Part shown: positions 15,231 through 30,888 of the stretch, piece after piece
Numbering within the stretch: the first letter of the stretch is position 1
Layout of the letters: every line of letters begins with the position of its first letter
From: the human T2T-CHM13v2.0 reference genome, Homo sapiens
NCBI RefSeq assembly: GCF_009914755.1
Contig: NC_060928.1
Strand: one strand, 5' to 3'
Length of the DNA: 64,000 bases
Position numbers and translations under genes: made by a program
The notes under the pieces: model-generated
Told to the model about the DNA's origin: nothing
Seen by the model: the letters and a program-made list of their open reading frames with translations, nothing else
The model's database searches: none

Positions 15231-16829
15231 ATGAGCGGGTAGCATACACACATGCACCTACTCTTGCACATACATACAAAATTTCTGGGCTTAATATTGC
15301 CTTTCTTAGTCCTTCCTTGGTGTAAAAATAAAAATTTGATTACTCTGTGAAAGTTTTCCAAAGAGAATTCCATAGGAGAAGGAAGACCTCCAAAGAGAGT
15401 CCTCTGAGACTTAAAACAAAATATGGAAATAAAAATTACAATCAAATCAGCTAGAGAAGTGTGTTTATGATTTTTTATACTTTTCTTGCAGCATTTTAAT
15501 AGCATTTAATATGTTGCTTTGCAATATGAGTTTTATAAAATGAATATTATAAGTAATATCAACTATGCATAATTAATCTCAGAAAATGTTAAATATATAG
15601 GGCGCATTAATGTTCAGGAAGCCCTCTTTGGGAAAAGCTGCAACAAAATTATAAAGTGTCATGCTGTAATGTTTCATATTTATAAATCTGAAATAAAATA
15701 TACATAAACTACACTTTCAATATGTAATGTGACAATTAGGGATAAGCATAGTGGTAATATCATAACACCTTTTGGAAAACATGAATATTTCTTTATGTAT
15801 ACAGGTGAGCACTCTAATACTGATTTCATTCCTGAGAGCAATATTAATAAGTAAAGGCATGATTGCTCTTTGTAAACTCCAATGCAATTTAAGTGATCCA
15901 TTTAATGTAATAGATTTCGTAGAATTATCTGTTTGGACAACATCTGTTAAATAAGCTTTATTTAATGTTAGATTCCCTGAGGATAGTCAAAATAAAGAAG
16001 ATAGAATATTCCCCTTTCCTTAACAATTTCAATGATGTTAGCATCCCAACTAGTGGGTTAATATCTATTAAGTGGGTTTCAGCATCTGTCCCTTCTTGAA
16101 GGATCCCACAAACTGCTGCTAGAGTAATTTTACAAACATAAAATTAAAAATAAAATTACAAAAAACCCCACAGAACTTGCCTCTTTTTGTTGTTTAATAG
16201 AAGTTTTATTTATCTTGCTATATAATAAAGGACATTAATAATTTTATGTGAACTCTGGCTTTTAGATATAACTAGTGACACAGCAGGGGCAGAAATGGCT
16301 CAGAATCATTAGTTAACTATAAAGATGTATCATGTGACCCCCAGTTGAAAAATCAGTAGGAGGTGGAGCATAGGGGGCATGATTTATTTAAATTTAGGGG
16401 AAAAACCTACAACTAGTGGGTAATAGAAGACATTATTCTGAGAAACCAAAAGAAAATAGCATCTATTCAGATAGCCAGTTTGCTGTTGCCCATTTATGGA
16501 GATGTAAAGAAGAGGGCAGCTGTCAACAGTTTATAGTTTTTGTTTGCTTAGTTGTGAAGTTTTGGCCATTCTGTCTTAACATAACCTGTAGATACTGTTT
16601 TTTAGGGATATTTTCCCTTAAAAATAATTTAAAAGGTACACCTTACACACGTTTGTGTTCTCAGGCTAAATCAATACACTTGTTGTTAACAATCCTGAAG
16701 AAAAAAAAATGCCACAATGCTGGACAAAGCCATGTCATTTGGATACATCTATATTAAAAATGGTCTGTTTTTTGCCATAGAATAAAATAATTAGTGGAAA
16801 AGTAAAGGACAAGATATTTTCTTAAATTA

Positions 16830-17964
<1,135 letters not shown>

Positions 17965-17965
<1 letters not shown>

Positions 17966-18410
17966 TATTTGTTAGGGTTTTCCAGAGGGAAGAAAAACAG
18001 TAGAATGCATGTAGATATATAAGAAGCTATTTATTATGGGAAGTGACACATATGAGAATTGAGAAGCCCCAGGATATGCCATTGGCAAGCTGGAGAAGCA
18101 GGGAAGCCAGTGGCATAATTCCATCTGAGTCTGAAGGCGTGAGAAATTTGGAGGAAGGGGATGCTGATCTAAAACCTGGAGTCAGAAGGCCTGAGAAGCA
18201 TGTGCATCAGAGTCTGAATGCAGAATATGGATGTCTGAGCTCAAGAAGAGAGAAAGATAATTTATCCTTCTTCTGCTTTTTTGTTCTGTTCTGACCCTCA
18301 GTGGACTGGATGATGGCTGTTCACATTGGTAAGGGCAGATCTTCTTTACTCAGTCTATAGATTCAAATGGTATTTTTTTCTGGAAACATCCTCACAGACA
18401 TACCTAGTTG
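17965..18410 (-). mobile_element. MLT2 (ERVL) LTR, truncated at the LTR1-like insertion
   Basis: ttagggttttccagagg...tggaaacatcctcacagacatacc; the remaining end of the element is not found downstream. Confidence 0.8.
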
Positions 18411-19467
18411 TGATACAGGATGGGGGCAGGGAAGTGCTGGGTAGAGAAAGTCAGCTTCCCTGACGAGGGATCCACCCTCAGGCCTGTGCCCGTGGACCTA
18501 GGTGAGGACAGGCACTCCTGTTTTCATGCCCAACTGTTGCAATATCTAAGACCACCCTGACCTGCCACGCCCACATCCTGTGCCTATAAAAACCCTGAGA
18601 CCCTAGCGGGCACAAACACAAGCGGCTGGATGTCGAGAAGAACACACCAGCGGAAGAACACACCAGCGGAAGAATACACCAGCAGACATTCGCAGACACT
18701 GGCAGGCCATCTATGGCGGGACAACGCGGGGTTCGGCCAAGGGCGGTTGGAGACGAGCCTGGCCACTGGGCGGCCCAACTCCAGGAGAAGACCACCTTCT
18801 CACTCCATCACACTTCTGGCCTCCCCATCCACCTCTCTGAGAGCTACCACCACTCAATTTAAAACCTTGCACCCATCCTCCAAGCCCACATGTGATACAA
18901 TTTTTTCCATTAGGCTAAGGCAAGAACCTCGGGATACAGAAAGCCCTCTGTCCTTGTGATAAGGCAGAGGGTCTAACTGAGCTGATGAACACAAGCTGCC
19001 TGAGGACGGCTAAACTGAATGATACACTGTAACACATGTCCACTGGAGCTTCAGGAGCTGTGAACACTCAACCCTAGACGCTGCCGTGGGGTCAGAGCCC
19101 ATGCTCCCAACGACCTGCCCGTCTGCATGCTCCTCCCCTAGGGGTTTGAGCTGCTGCAGCAGAGCGCCAAAGAAGCAAGCCACACGCCATCACACGCCCT
19201 GCCAGGGGGATAAGGGAACTTTTCCTGTTTCAACTGGGACCTCGCCCAGGATCCCGGAAGGTGAGTGCGAATGTGAAACTGCTGGGTTTGCCTCTTTTCC
19301 AAAACCTTGCCACCTGCCTCTCTTTCCTCCAGGTAAGAGGCTCGGTTTCCCTTGGAGTTTTAAAAACTACGCCCAAACTGGTCAAAATCCCCAGACTTCG
19401 TCTCTTTTCTCTCACAGTTTGAAATGGTTCTTATCTCTTCCTTTATAATGTTGAGTTTTGCTACAGT
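18411..19467 (+). mobile_element. 5' end of a HUERS-P-type ERV1 provirus: LTR1-like 5' LTR (18411-19232), PBS and leader, truncated
   Basis: tga...ttca LTR with TATA-like cctataaaaa; followed by tgggacctcgcccaggat (19235-19252), 14/18 match to the tRNA-Pro PBS TGGGGGCTCGTCCGGGAT; splice donor AG/gtgagt at 19261. Confidence 0.85.
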
Positions 19468-19975
<508 letters not shown>

Positions 19976-20851
19976 ACATTATTTAGAAAAGGAAAAATAA
20001 TGTGGATGTTATCAAATTTAAAAAATTATTTACCAATGACAAAACATTTATTATAGTGACATATTCAACAGCTCTGATATCCACGTATTAACATAATTTT
20101 AAAATAATAGAAAGTGAATATTTGTGGAATGAATGAATGAACAGATAAGAAGAAGGCTGGTTACAGAGAAAATAGAATAGGGAAGCAATGACTTCCCTGT
20201 TTACCCAGCAGGTTTACTCACCCCTGACCCAGCTCTCCATAGTTAGTCTCCAGTCAGACTCTGCTCCATTTCTCTTGTAACATAAATTGCAAAGTCCTTC
20301 TACTTTCTCTAATCAAAACCTATCTGTGCACCTGAGTCCTGATGCTCTGGCAGGAGAAAACCCCATTTTATCTGTCTTTATCAGGATTTAGCAGAGGAAG
20401 GTATGCTAGGCACTGCTTTCTGGTTCCCTTGATCATTGCTAATTGAAAGTGAAACTTTGCATATATTGAGACTGACTTCAGATGGAAATGGGAGAACTAT
20501 TCTGGACAGCAGGAATCTGGAGGCCAAGCTGCTTTGGGTAATTTCTTCACCATGATTATGCAGAACTAGACCATGTTACAGCTTTCTGTCACCTTGCAAG
20601 TTGTTATCTGTTAAACGGGGAAGAGAGGGACACATCCCTTGATAACCCATACTCATTTTGTCACAGGTTATTTTGAATTGATCAGCTCATATGGAGAAGT
20701 TATATAAATGTTGACACAAGGGAAAATGGAGCAATACCCTCTGGAACAGATGTCATAGTGAATGTCAGAAGATGTCAAGAGCCCTTGAGGGTTGTAGAAT
20801 TTGTAATGGAAATTAGGTGCTTCTGTGTGAAATGATATACCCCTTTGAGAT

Positions 20852-21005
20852 AAGTATAGTTTTCTGAACTATAGAATTCTTTGACTCTTCTGTGGTACAC
20901 CAGTGCTAAAAGTTCATAGTAATGGTAAAGGGATCTGAGGTGCTGGTAGTAGAATATTGTGGTAAATTGAATTGCTCAAGTATTCAGCCCCAAAAGTCCT
21001 TTGGC
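20852..21005 (+). repeat. Direct copy of 22226-22380
   Basis: Core 20852-20971 vs 22226-22345 is ungapped, 106/120 identical. Confidence 0.9.
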
Positions 21006-23137
21006 CATTGAGATACATCATTATGATGAGTTCTACATTACCAGAAAGTGAGGATACTGAAGCCATTTTGAGGTAGCAGAATTTATCTCAATAACTTTTA
21101 AATCCTTTAATAGGTCTGCTCTAAATATACCAATTTTATTTTTTAAAGGCAATTGACATACTAAATTTTATTGTTTACATAATAGTAGACTCTGGACAAA
21201 GTGAAGAAAATTAGGACAATGACAACCCATTTAAACTCATTCACAAACATTGATTTCTAGTGGTTTGACACATCAAAATGCAAATTATCTGAAGATGAAA
21301 AGGCAGAAAATATATTTGGATTTATGCCTACCAATGCAATGTTCTTTTAAAAAACGTTGATGTGACAATTTACTTAATTTTCACAGTAATCCACAAAACA
21401 CAAAATCACACTTTTTTGGTGCGATTTTCTGGAATCTGGATTTGGGGGTGGTGATAATTGAGAAGTATTTAAAAAAAAAAGTTCAGTGGTCAGAAACATA
21501 TCTTTTCTTATTTTAATGCATCAAGCAAAAAAAATTCATTTAAAAAAGACAATCATTGCTCTAAGCAGATAAATAAAACAGAATTTTACCACACTTTTAT
21601 AATAAAAAACAGCTAATGTTTTATGCATGTGAAATGTAAAAAATGTATAAGCATGCACAATATCTCTTAGAAAAATAGGGCCTTAGAGAAAATGATATTG
21701 AAAGTATTTACCTGATAAATATTATATATGAAACCTATGTTAAAAAATTAAACCACTTCCAATGACGTTCTATGGTGAAATTACATCTGGAAACTGAACT
21801 TGAAAGGTAAATAGATCGATTTAATTGCTTCTCTCTTAACTCAAAGGTAAGGCAGTTCTCTTTGAAAGGGCTCTCTTTTCTAGCCACTCTCCTCTTATTA
21901 ATGCTTTTTGTAGGCATATTACACAGATGCAGCCTGACGTGTCTGCACATTATTATCTGGCTCTCTAATCACTGGTAACACTTGGAAAAGTTTATAGTTG
22001 GCACAATAGATAGGTTTTTTACATGTATTGCTTCTCTATTCTGTATCAATTAAGATATTAAGAGACAGATAAGCCACTATCCTTGGTGTCAATCTTAATA
22101 ACCACATAAGAAATAACTCTGCACTGGAAGAGCTTGTAAAACTTCCACTAAATAGTGTATTCTTTAACTGCATTGAGTTAATTTGAGTAGACCAGATAAA
22201 CTGAAAGTTCACCTTCAGGATAAGAAAGTATAGTTTTCTGAATTATATAAATCTTTGACTTTTCTAAGATACACCAATGCTAAAAGTTCATGGTAATGGT
22301 AAAGGGATCTGGGATACTGGTAGTAGAATATCGTGATAAATTGAAGAGCAGAAGCACATTGACCCCAAAGGCCCTTTGGCTTTTAACATAAATGGAAATA
22401 AATAAATAACTTCATATACATGTTCTAAAGTTGATCAATGCAGGATAAAAAAAGTTTATTTGACAAGATTCACAGCATTTGGAGAGACTGCCACAGGTCA
22501 AAGTGGAAACACAAATGGAATAGAGTAGACACAATGCAGCTGAGTCAGCCAAACATTTAGGCCAATAACTATTTCAACACCATTTTAAGCAACCAACTTC
22601 AATGACTTGGTGCCTCTAGTTCATCATTCTACATGCAATGAAGATTTAAAGTTTAAAATGTAAAAAAAATGAAATACTCTCAGAAGAGGAAAATAGGTTG
22701 TAGAAAGTGTTTTTATAAATATATATTTTATATGCCTGCATAAACGTGGATATTATTCTGTATGAAAGATGCCCATTAGTGTAGTTCAAGAAGTCTTTAT
22801 ATTAAAGAACAAATTGATTCTGCTGTAAACACTAGAGGTCATCTCATCTGTACAAGAAACACATATGCATATATTTATGTAGCAGTGCCACTTTTATCAA
22901 CAAAAACACAGCTATTAACACTAGGTTAAAAAATAGGTTTTACTGGTGAGAGATGTTATTAGAATATATTTTGCAAAATGAAAAATACACAACTAGGTTT
23001 TATATTCACAAGAAAAAAGTTGTTCAGCATGCAAATGTGAATAGAGTTTGAATTCTAGAGTAAGGGAAAATATCAAAACTTTATAAATTTTCTGGGATGC
23101 AATTTAATTACTGTGTCAATTTAGAAAAACAGACTCA

Positions 23138-23458
23138 GGGCAGGCGCGGTGGCTCACGCCTGTAATCCTAGCACTTTGGGAGGCTGAGGCGGGTGGATCA
23201 CGAGGTCAGGAGATTGAGACCATCCTGGCTAAGATGGTGAAACCCCGTCTCCACTAAAAAAATTAAAAAAAAAAAAAAAAAAAAAAAAGCCGGGTGTGGT
23301 GGCACGCGCCAGTAGTCCCAGCTACTCAGGAAAGAGAATCCGTAGAACCCAGGAGGCGAGGCGGAGCTTGCAGTGAGCGGAGATCACGCCGCTGCACTCC
23401 AGCCTGGGCGAGCCAGCGAGACTCCTTCTCAAAAAAAAAAACAAAAAAAAACGAAAAA
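23138..23458 (+). mobile_element. AluY inserted in the pseudogene 3'UTR, with expanded middle A-tract
   Basis: TSD agaaaaacagactc on both sides. Confidence 0.95.
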
Positions 23459-24788
23459 AGAAAAACAGACTCGCAGAATGAACAGTTACATCGGATTCTC
23501 ATAATACATCAACTCAAGTATTTACCATTTTTCTTGTTTTGTTTCCAGTTGGAGGTTTCTTCAACTGAAAGAGCTGCCCTCCTGTTCCAAAACCTACAGA
23601 GACAGGATTAGACATCCTGTATGTCCAACCAACGGGTACTGTGATGCCAGAATTGCTGAAGTTAAATGCAGATGTTATTTGAGCTGTCAAAGCTTGCACT
23701 AAGATTTCTGAAGGTTTATTTATTTTTCCAAATCCAAATGTGGCCTTGCTGGTACTTTTTCTGCCAATAGCTGAGTTGAATGTGTACCAAACTAAGCCCT
23801 AGAAACAGCTGAAACCCTGCTACCAGCTGAGGCTGCTAAGTGTTGAGGTGAAGGCTGCTTCATTTGCATGTTGCTGAAAGGGGTGGGTCTGGTAATAACT
23901 GCATGCATTCTGCCACCTCTTGGCTTCTGTTTTCTGGCTTCAAACACATTTATAGCATTTCCCAACAACATTTTTCTGTGCTGAAGACATTGTTCTTTGA
24001 ATACCTTTACCTGTTTAATAATGGACCAAGGTCGCACAGCCAAAGCTACAAATGTTCATGTATTTTCTGTGCAACTCTTGATAAATCTTGCAGGGTTATA
24101 CGAGAACTAATTGCTTGAGTGGCAAGAAGGTTCTTTTGCTAGTTATTCAATCTGTTGTCTGTACTTTTGAAGCTACCCCTGAAACTTCTGAGCCATGATT
24201 GTGAAGTAGTGTGCGGAAGTTGTATCTTCGTTTTGAAGTCCTGGTAATAGTTTCCAGGTTCTGAGAGCTATGGCTGCTTCATTTAACTCCTGAGCAATTT
24301 CTATTTTCAAATTGTTGAGATTGAGGAATTTTTCTCTCATCCACTGGCAGTCAATGGCAGAAGCTGCTCTGCTACCTTAATATCTTCTTACACTTTTATC
24401 ATTGCTTTAATATTTTCCTTTTAAAATCTATTTTCTGTTTATTTACAATTTCTTGAGAATTTCTATATCCTGACATGTGGACGATTTTTGTCCTTAAGCG
24501 GTTTATTATCCTTTTATCACTTTTCTATCAGTCTTTTTATATTATGAGGTAATAAGTATACCCCACCTAGTTCCTCACTGGCTACAGCTGAAGTAGCTAC
24601 AGCAGTTTTCAAAGTCATACCTATAACCTCCTGCCCATGTCTTGATGTTGTGTCTGTACTTTGGAAGAGCAAGCTGACCAAGCCAGCAATGGCTTTTCTT
24701 AGAGAGACATTTGCTGATATGTTTGTAGTTGTTATTTTCTACCCAAATTATTTGGAGTAAATCCCTTGGGAGCTGCTAGAGTTGTTGT

Positions 24789-25547
24789 TGAAACGGGAAA
24801 GTTTCCCTTGTCCCCCCACTGTACGATGGGGGTGTGACTCGCTTCTTCAATGCCTCCCTGCTCACATCTGTAGGGGAGCAAACAGACAGCAGGCTGTGGG
24901 GCTCTGACCCCAAGGCAGTGTCTAGGGGTGAATGTTTACAGCTGAAGCCCCAGTGGGCGTGTGTTACAGGGCGCTCTTTTAGGTCTATAGGCGGCTTGTG
25001 TTAACCAGATAAGTTAGACCCTCTACCTTGTCGCAAGGACAGAAAGGCTTTCTGTATCTCAGGGTTTCTTGCCTTGGTGTACTGGGAGAATCCGATCACA
25101 CGTGGGCTTGGAGAATGAGTGCAAGGTTTTATTGAGTGGAAGTAGCTCTCAGAAGATGGGGAAGCCAGAGGGGAGATGGTTTTCACCTGGAGTCGAGCCA
25201 CCCCCGTGCTTGGCAGCCCCGGCTCTCCTCCGACTGCCCTGGAAATCTCCGCCTCATCCCACCGGTGGATGGCCTGCCAGCGTGCCCGTGCCTGTCGGTG
25301 TGCTCTTCTGCCAGCGTGCTCCTCTGGATGATCAGCTGCTTGTGTGTTGGCCAGCGAGGGTCTCGGGTTTTTATAGGCCCAGGATTGGGGCGTGGTGGGC
25401 TAGAGTGGTCTTAGGAAACGCAACAAAAATGCCTGTCCTCACCTTCGGTGGGGGTGGAGCCCTAGCCGGGGACCACACCCTCCCTTACCAAGCACTTGCC
25501 TTCCCCCTTCTTTATCACACTTTTCCCATCCCAGCACTCCCGTATCA
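24789..25547 (-). mobile_element. LTR1-like (HUERS-P/ERV1) solo LTR inserted in the NUP58 pseudogene CDS, in sense to it
   Basis: tga...tca ends; TSD ttgt/atgt; NUP58-like sequence resumes on both sides (STLT | TLAAPKGFTPNNLG vs SALTSTPAASTGFTLNNLG). Confidence 0.88.
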
Positions 25548-27596
25548 ATGTCAGAGTAGATGAAACAAGATCACCAACTAAGTAGAAGTAAGAGTTAAAG
25601 TAAATGGTGCAGCATTTGCTATAGGCCCATTGAATCCTAAACTGGCACCTGTTAACAGCTGTAGACACTGGCTGGCATTCCCAGAGTTAATCCAGCAGTT
25701 ACAGTTATCGCCATTCTTGTATTTGTTCCTTCTAGAGTGAAACGAGTAGCAGGCTTATATACAACAAATCCAGTTCAAAAACCTCTGAAGGAGCAAATGC
25801 AGATGCTGAAATTGCAGCTGTAGAGTTCCATCATAAGCCCCTTTGAGGAGACTGAAACAGAGCTTAAAACAGAGCTTGGCACTTAGTCTGTTCAATAGAT
25901 ATTTACTCTTTGAATGATTATACTTTGGAGAAGAGGTATTGGCAACCACCTCTGTCCTAGTTGTGCCCATCACATGAATGGCTATGGTAGTGGAGCCTAT
26001 GTCTGGGTCCTGACTGAGCTGACTGTGGACTTTGCTGGATTCTGGGCCTGATACTACTAGCCAGCTGCAAGAGGATTGAGATGTTTGAACACCTCGAAGC
26101 TCAAACATCACCTGTTTCTAGACCCAGCCTATCAGGATCTTCTCACCCCAGCACAATCTGGAGCACATCTTAATTTTATTTTGTATCATACTTTACAAGT
26201 AAAAATTTAATTTAACAGGTATTGTCTAAACTTTAGTATTTTTGTATCTCCAATGCTGAGTTACTATTAGACATAAATAATGTCTTTGTTTTGTTGAAGC
26301 TATATAGAGTTCTCTTTTTTAGTTCACAGTATTTTTTCTATTATCACATAATGTTTAGGGAAAAGTTTTCTTACTGGTTGGTAATTTTCTTCCTTTTCTT
26401 CCTCCATGCTTATATTTTGGTGTGAGAAAGCATTTTCTTTGATGTTTCAGTCTTTATAGAAGTATGCTAACGGTCTTAAAGTTCCCTTTAGTCATAGTTT
26501 ACTATAAATATCACTATTGTGTCTTGTGTTCTTATATTTTTCTCTCTATCCTCTGTTATAATTTATTTTAACAAGTGGCTTTAGCACTTGCTAATGCAGA
26601 TTAATACGCAAGTATCATTTCCTATTATTAGTCTCCTTGTTTATATAAACTACATACATTTTTAAGTAATTAGAGCAGAGCTAACATTGTTCATCTGTAA
26701 AACATCAGTGAGCTAGTTTTTCCAATAAACAATTAAAGTTTGACTTGATAGACTGATAACCACAATAAGCATTTTAATATTTTGGGGACCTTATTTTCCA
26801 AACAAAGGCTTTTCAGACAATACTTTAACTATGTTTGTGTGCATACCAATAGCTTTACATATTTATCGGAAAGAACCTGTTTTTTTTAATGAGTTTGGAT
26901 GCTTGAAGCCTTAGCTTTGGTTGTCAAGTACTAGTTTTATGCTCTCAGGAAAATAAATACTTTTCCTGAACCTCAGTTTTATTCTCAGCAAAAATAGTAA
27001 CTGGAATATTCATCAGAAAAGAGTATTAAAATATGAAATTAGATAATATTTGTAAAACATCCAGCAAAGAGTTTGACATTCAAGGTGACTGATGTAAATT
27101 TGTGATATCTCTGTTCCCAGTTTTTATGTAAACTGAATCCCTCTTAAATCATACACTTGATTTTATTTGTTGTGAAATATAAGACCAGACTACACTATTA
27201 TACTATTCTCAGATTAGTATAGTAAAATTCTTTTTTTTTAGTATTTTTTTTTAATTTCTACAATGGGATACATTTCACTCTTTGCTATTTTTCATTTTCC
27301 AGTAAAAATAGATTAAATGAACTGATATTTCAATGTTTCTTAGCTATATAATAGGTATTTCTTTTAATGGAACACAGTAAATATAAAGAGTTAACTTTAA
27401 ATTACAGTTTCATAATTTGAAAGAAATTCTTTCCATCTGGAACACATTGTGTTTTCTTCACTAAATGTTAGTAAAGATTAATGAAATTAGCATTTATCTA
27501 ATAAAAGTGATCTTAGTTGCAAAGCACTAATAACAAAAATAAGAATAAGTTCAGTTGGCTTGAAGAATAGTTTGATTCAATTTAAGAACATCTATT

Positions 27597-27900
<304 letters not shown>

Positions 27901-28310
27901 ACATCTATTGAGCATCTAATATGTATACCTGCCCTGCACCAGGTTCTAGGGATATCAATAGAGAAAACAAAATCTGTCTTGTGAGGCTTCCAACCTAGTT
28001 GTGGTAGGTGGAATAGAAAATCAGCAAATAAACAATGTATCAAATCGTAACAAGAGCTTTGAAGCAAAATAAAGCTGGACAACGAAAGAAAATATATCTA
28101 ATGTGAGTGGGGACAGGGTATTGATTGTATATGGAAGCTAATTCCTCTCTATAAGGAGAGTGAATTAAGTGAGAGAATAAGACATGAAAATATTTTCTGA
28201 AACTGATTCGGTCAATGGAAGCAGCAAGTGCAAAAGCCCTAAAATGAAAAGTATTTTTTTGTGTGTGTTGGTGAAACAGATAAGAAGGAACAATGGCAGG
28301 GGAAACATGG

Positions 28311-30130
28311 TGTCTCAGTCTGTTTTATGCTGCTGTAACAGAATACTATGGAATGATTAATTTTTAAAGAAACGTATTTCACTCATGCTTCTGGATGCTG
28401 TAAAATCCAAGAATGATGGACCACATATGGCAAGGGCCTTCTTGCTGTGTCATCCGATGGTGAAAGGCAGAAGGGCAAAAGAGCATGCATGGGTAGGGGA
28501 AGAATAGGGGGGGCTAAACTCATTCTTTTATCAGAAATGTACTCCTGTGATAATGGCATTTATCCATTCACCTCTAAAAAGTCCTACCTCCCAACACTGT
28601 TTTATTGGGAATTAAGCTTCCAATACATGAACTTTGGGAAACACCTTCAGTCCATAGCATTCTGCCCAGATCCCCAAAATTTATGTCTTTCTCGCATGCA
28701 AAATACACTAATTCTTCCCAATAAACCCAAAGTCTTCGTTCCAGCACCAGCTCAAAAGTTCAAAGTCTAAAGTCTCATCTAAACTAGATGTAGGTGAGAC
28801 CCAAGACATGATTTTCCCTGAGACAAATTATCCTCAACCAAGAGCCTGTGAAATCATAAAAAATTATTGACTTTCAAAATATAGTGATGAAGTAATAGGA
28901 CCCAGCTAAGTCCAAAATCCAACAGGAAAGGTGATATTAAATCTTAAAGCTGAAAAAGAATCTCCTTTGAGATTTTATTATCTCCATATCCCACATCCTG
29001 GGCACACTAGGGCTGGGGTTGGGTGCTCCAGATCTCAGGCAGCTCTGCTTCTATTGTTTTGCTGGGCATAGTCTACCCAGAAGCTCTCACAGGTTGGAGT
29101 TTCATGATTGTGGCCTTTTCAAGCTAGAGCTGCATGCTGATAGTACTATGGTTTTGTGATTTCACGGACTTCCCTACTGCCACAACTTCACTAGACATTG
29201 TCTTCACAGGGGCTCTCTGCAATGGCTCCACCCCTGTGACAAGTCTCTGCCTGAGGCCCCAGACTGTTTGAAACACTTTTGAAACCTTGGTAGAAGCTGA
29301 CATGCCCCACAGCTCTTGCAGTCCGTGTGCCTGCAGAATTAGCACCATGTGAACTGTCTTAGTTCATTCATGTTTCTATAAAGGAATACTTGAGACTGAG
29401 TTATTTATAAAGAAGAGAGGTTTTTTGGCCTATGGCTCTGCAGACTGTACAAGAGCATAGCTCTGGCATCTGTTTAGCTTCTGGTGAGGGGTTCAGGCTG
29501 CCACAATTCATGGTGGAAGGTGAAAGGGAAGTGAAGGGGAGCCAGCATGGTGAGAGGGAAAATGAACGAGCAAGTGGGAAGGTGCAAGGCTCTTTTAAAC
29601 AACCAACTCTTGGCAGAACTTTTGCAGAGTGAAAACTAAGTCATAACCATGAAGATAGTGCCAAGCAGATCCACTCTTATGACCCAAACACCTCACATTA
29701 GGCCCATTTCTAACGTTGGGGATAAAATTTCAACATGAGGGTTAGAGGGTCAAATATCCAAGCTATAACATGGACCCAACTAAGCATTACTTTTGGAGCA
29801 GTAGGTCAAGCCACACCTGAGCTCACTTGGGCTACAGCTGGGAAAGCTAAAAGTGCTGTGCTATACTTTGAAGAGCAGAGTGACTTTTGATGTGGCACAG
29901 GGCAGTGAAACCTGAGGTCCCATGGGTACCCCCCTGGAATCCTTGTCCTCAAGGTTCTAGCTTGCTTCAAAGATCTCTGAAATGCCTTTGGGATCTTTCT
30001 CCCATTGTCTCATGAATGAAACCTAGCTCCTTTCCATCCATATAAGTCTCTTTAGCAAAATGGTTGCTTGACTACACACTTAGTGTATCTGCCAAACATA
30101 CATTTTTATTTTTTGCAAGTCTAGTCTGAG
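28311..30130 (-). mobile_element. MaLR MST LTR (28311-28659) plus MST-internal sequence, with nested MST LTR (29355-29770)
   Basis: MST LTR and internal motifs (aagtctcatct, ctctgcaatggctccacccctgtgaca); nested LTR has 5-bp TSD tgaac/tggac. Confidence 0.8.
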
Positions 30131-30375
30131 ACTTGTAGTGGTAATAAATTAGAGTTGAAGTCATCAGTATAAAATCATGTTTAGTTTAACAGAAACACAG
30201 ATGATTACATATAGAAACAGATATGTATAGATACTGAGGTTAGCATAAATACATACACACATTTCCTTGCTCTGTCAGCTGAGAGGACCTAGAATCAATG
30301 ATACACCACTAGCAATGAGTACATATGGCACCCAGATTTTGGTTTCTAATACTGTTCTCCAATAAAAGGAGCCAG

Positions 30376-30888
<513 letters not shown>

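Larger units (their letters stand above)
21144..26171 (-). pseudogene. NUP58: Processed (intronless) pseudogene of nucleoporin NUP58/NUPL1, including 3'UTR; possibly the locus annotated NUP58P1 (not verified)
   Basis: Minus-strand translations match recalled NUP58 in order: GSTTIA (~26000); KPATRFTLEGTNTRMAITVTAGLTLGMP (~25750-25670); LKIEIAQELNEAAIALRTWKLLPGLQNE..QKFQG*LQKYRQQIE*L (~24310-24140); VKVFKEQ..RKMLLG..VFE; FNFSNSGIT..SNPVSVGFGTGGQLFQLKKPPTGNK (to ~23525). No introns, many stops and frameshifts. AATAAA plus A-tract at ~21170-21134; candidate TSD aattttatttt at 21132 and 26172. Ends are approximate. Confidence 0.92.

Noticed and set aside
23514-23699. Functional micropeptide from the NUP58 C-terminal remnant
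   Set aside because: Non-ATG start, altered terminus, and surrounding stops and frameshifts indicate neutral decay
25069-25563. Longest ORF (164 aa)
   Set aside because: Antisense reading of a GC-rich LTR; similar junk ORFs occur in the sister LTRs at 18.4 and 49.2 kb
23500-26100. Retroviral env or internal sequence next to the LTR
   Set aside because: Translations match NUP58 on both sides of the LTR, not retroviral proteins
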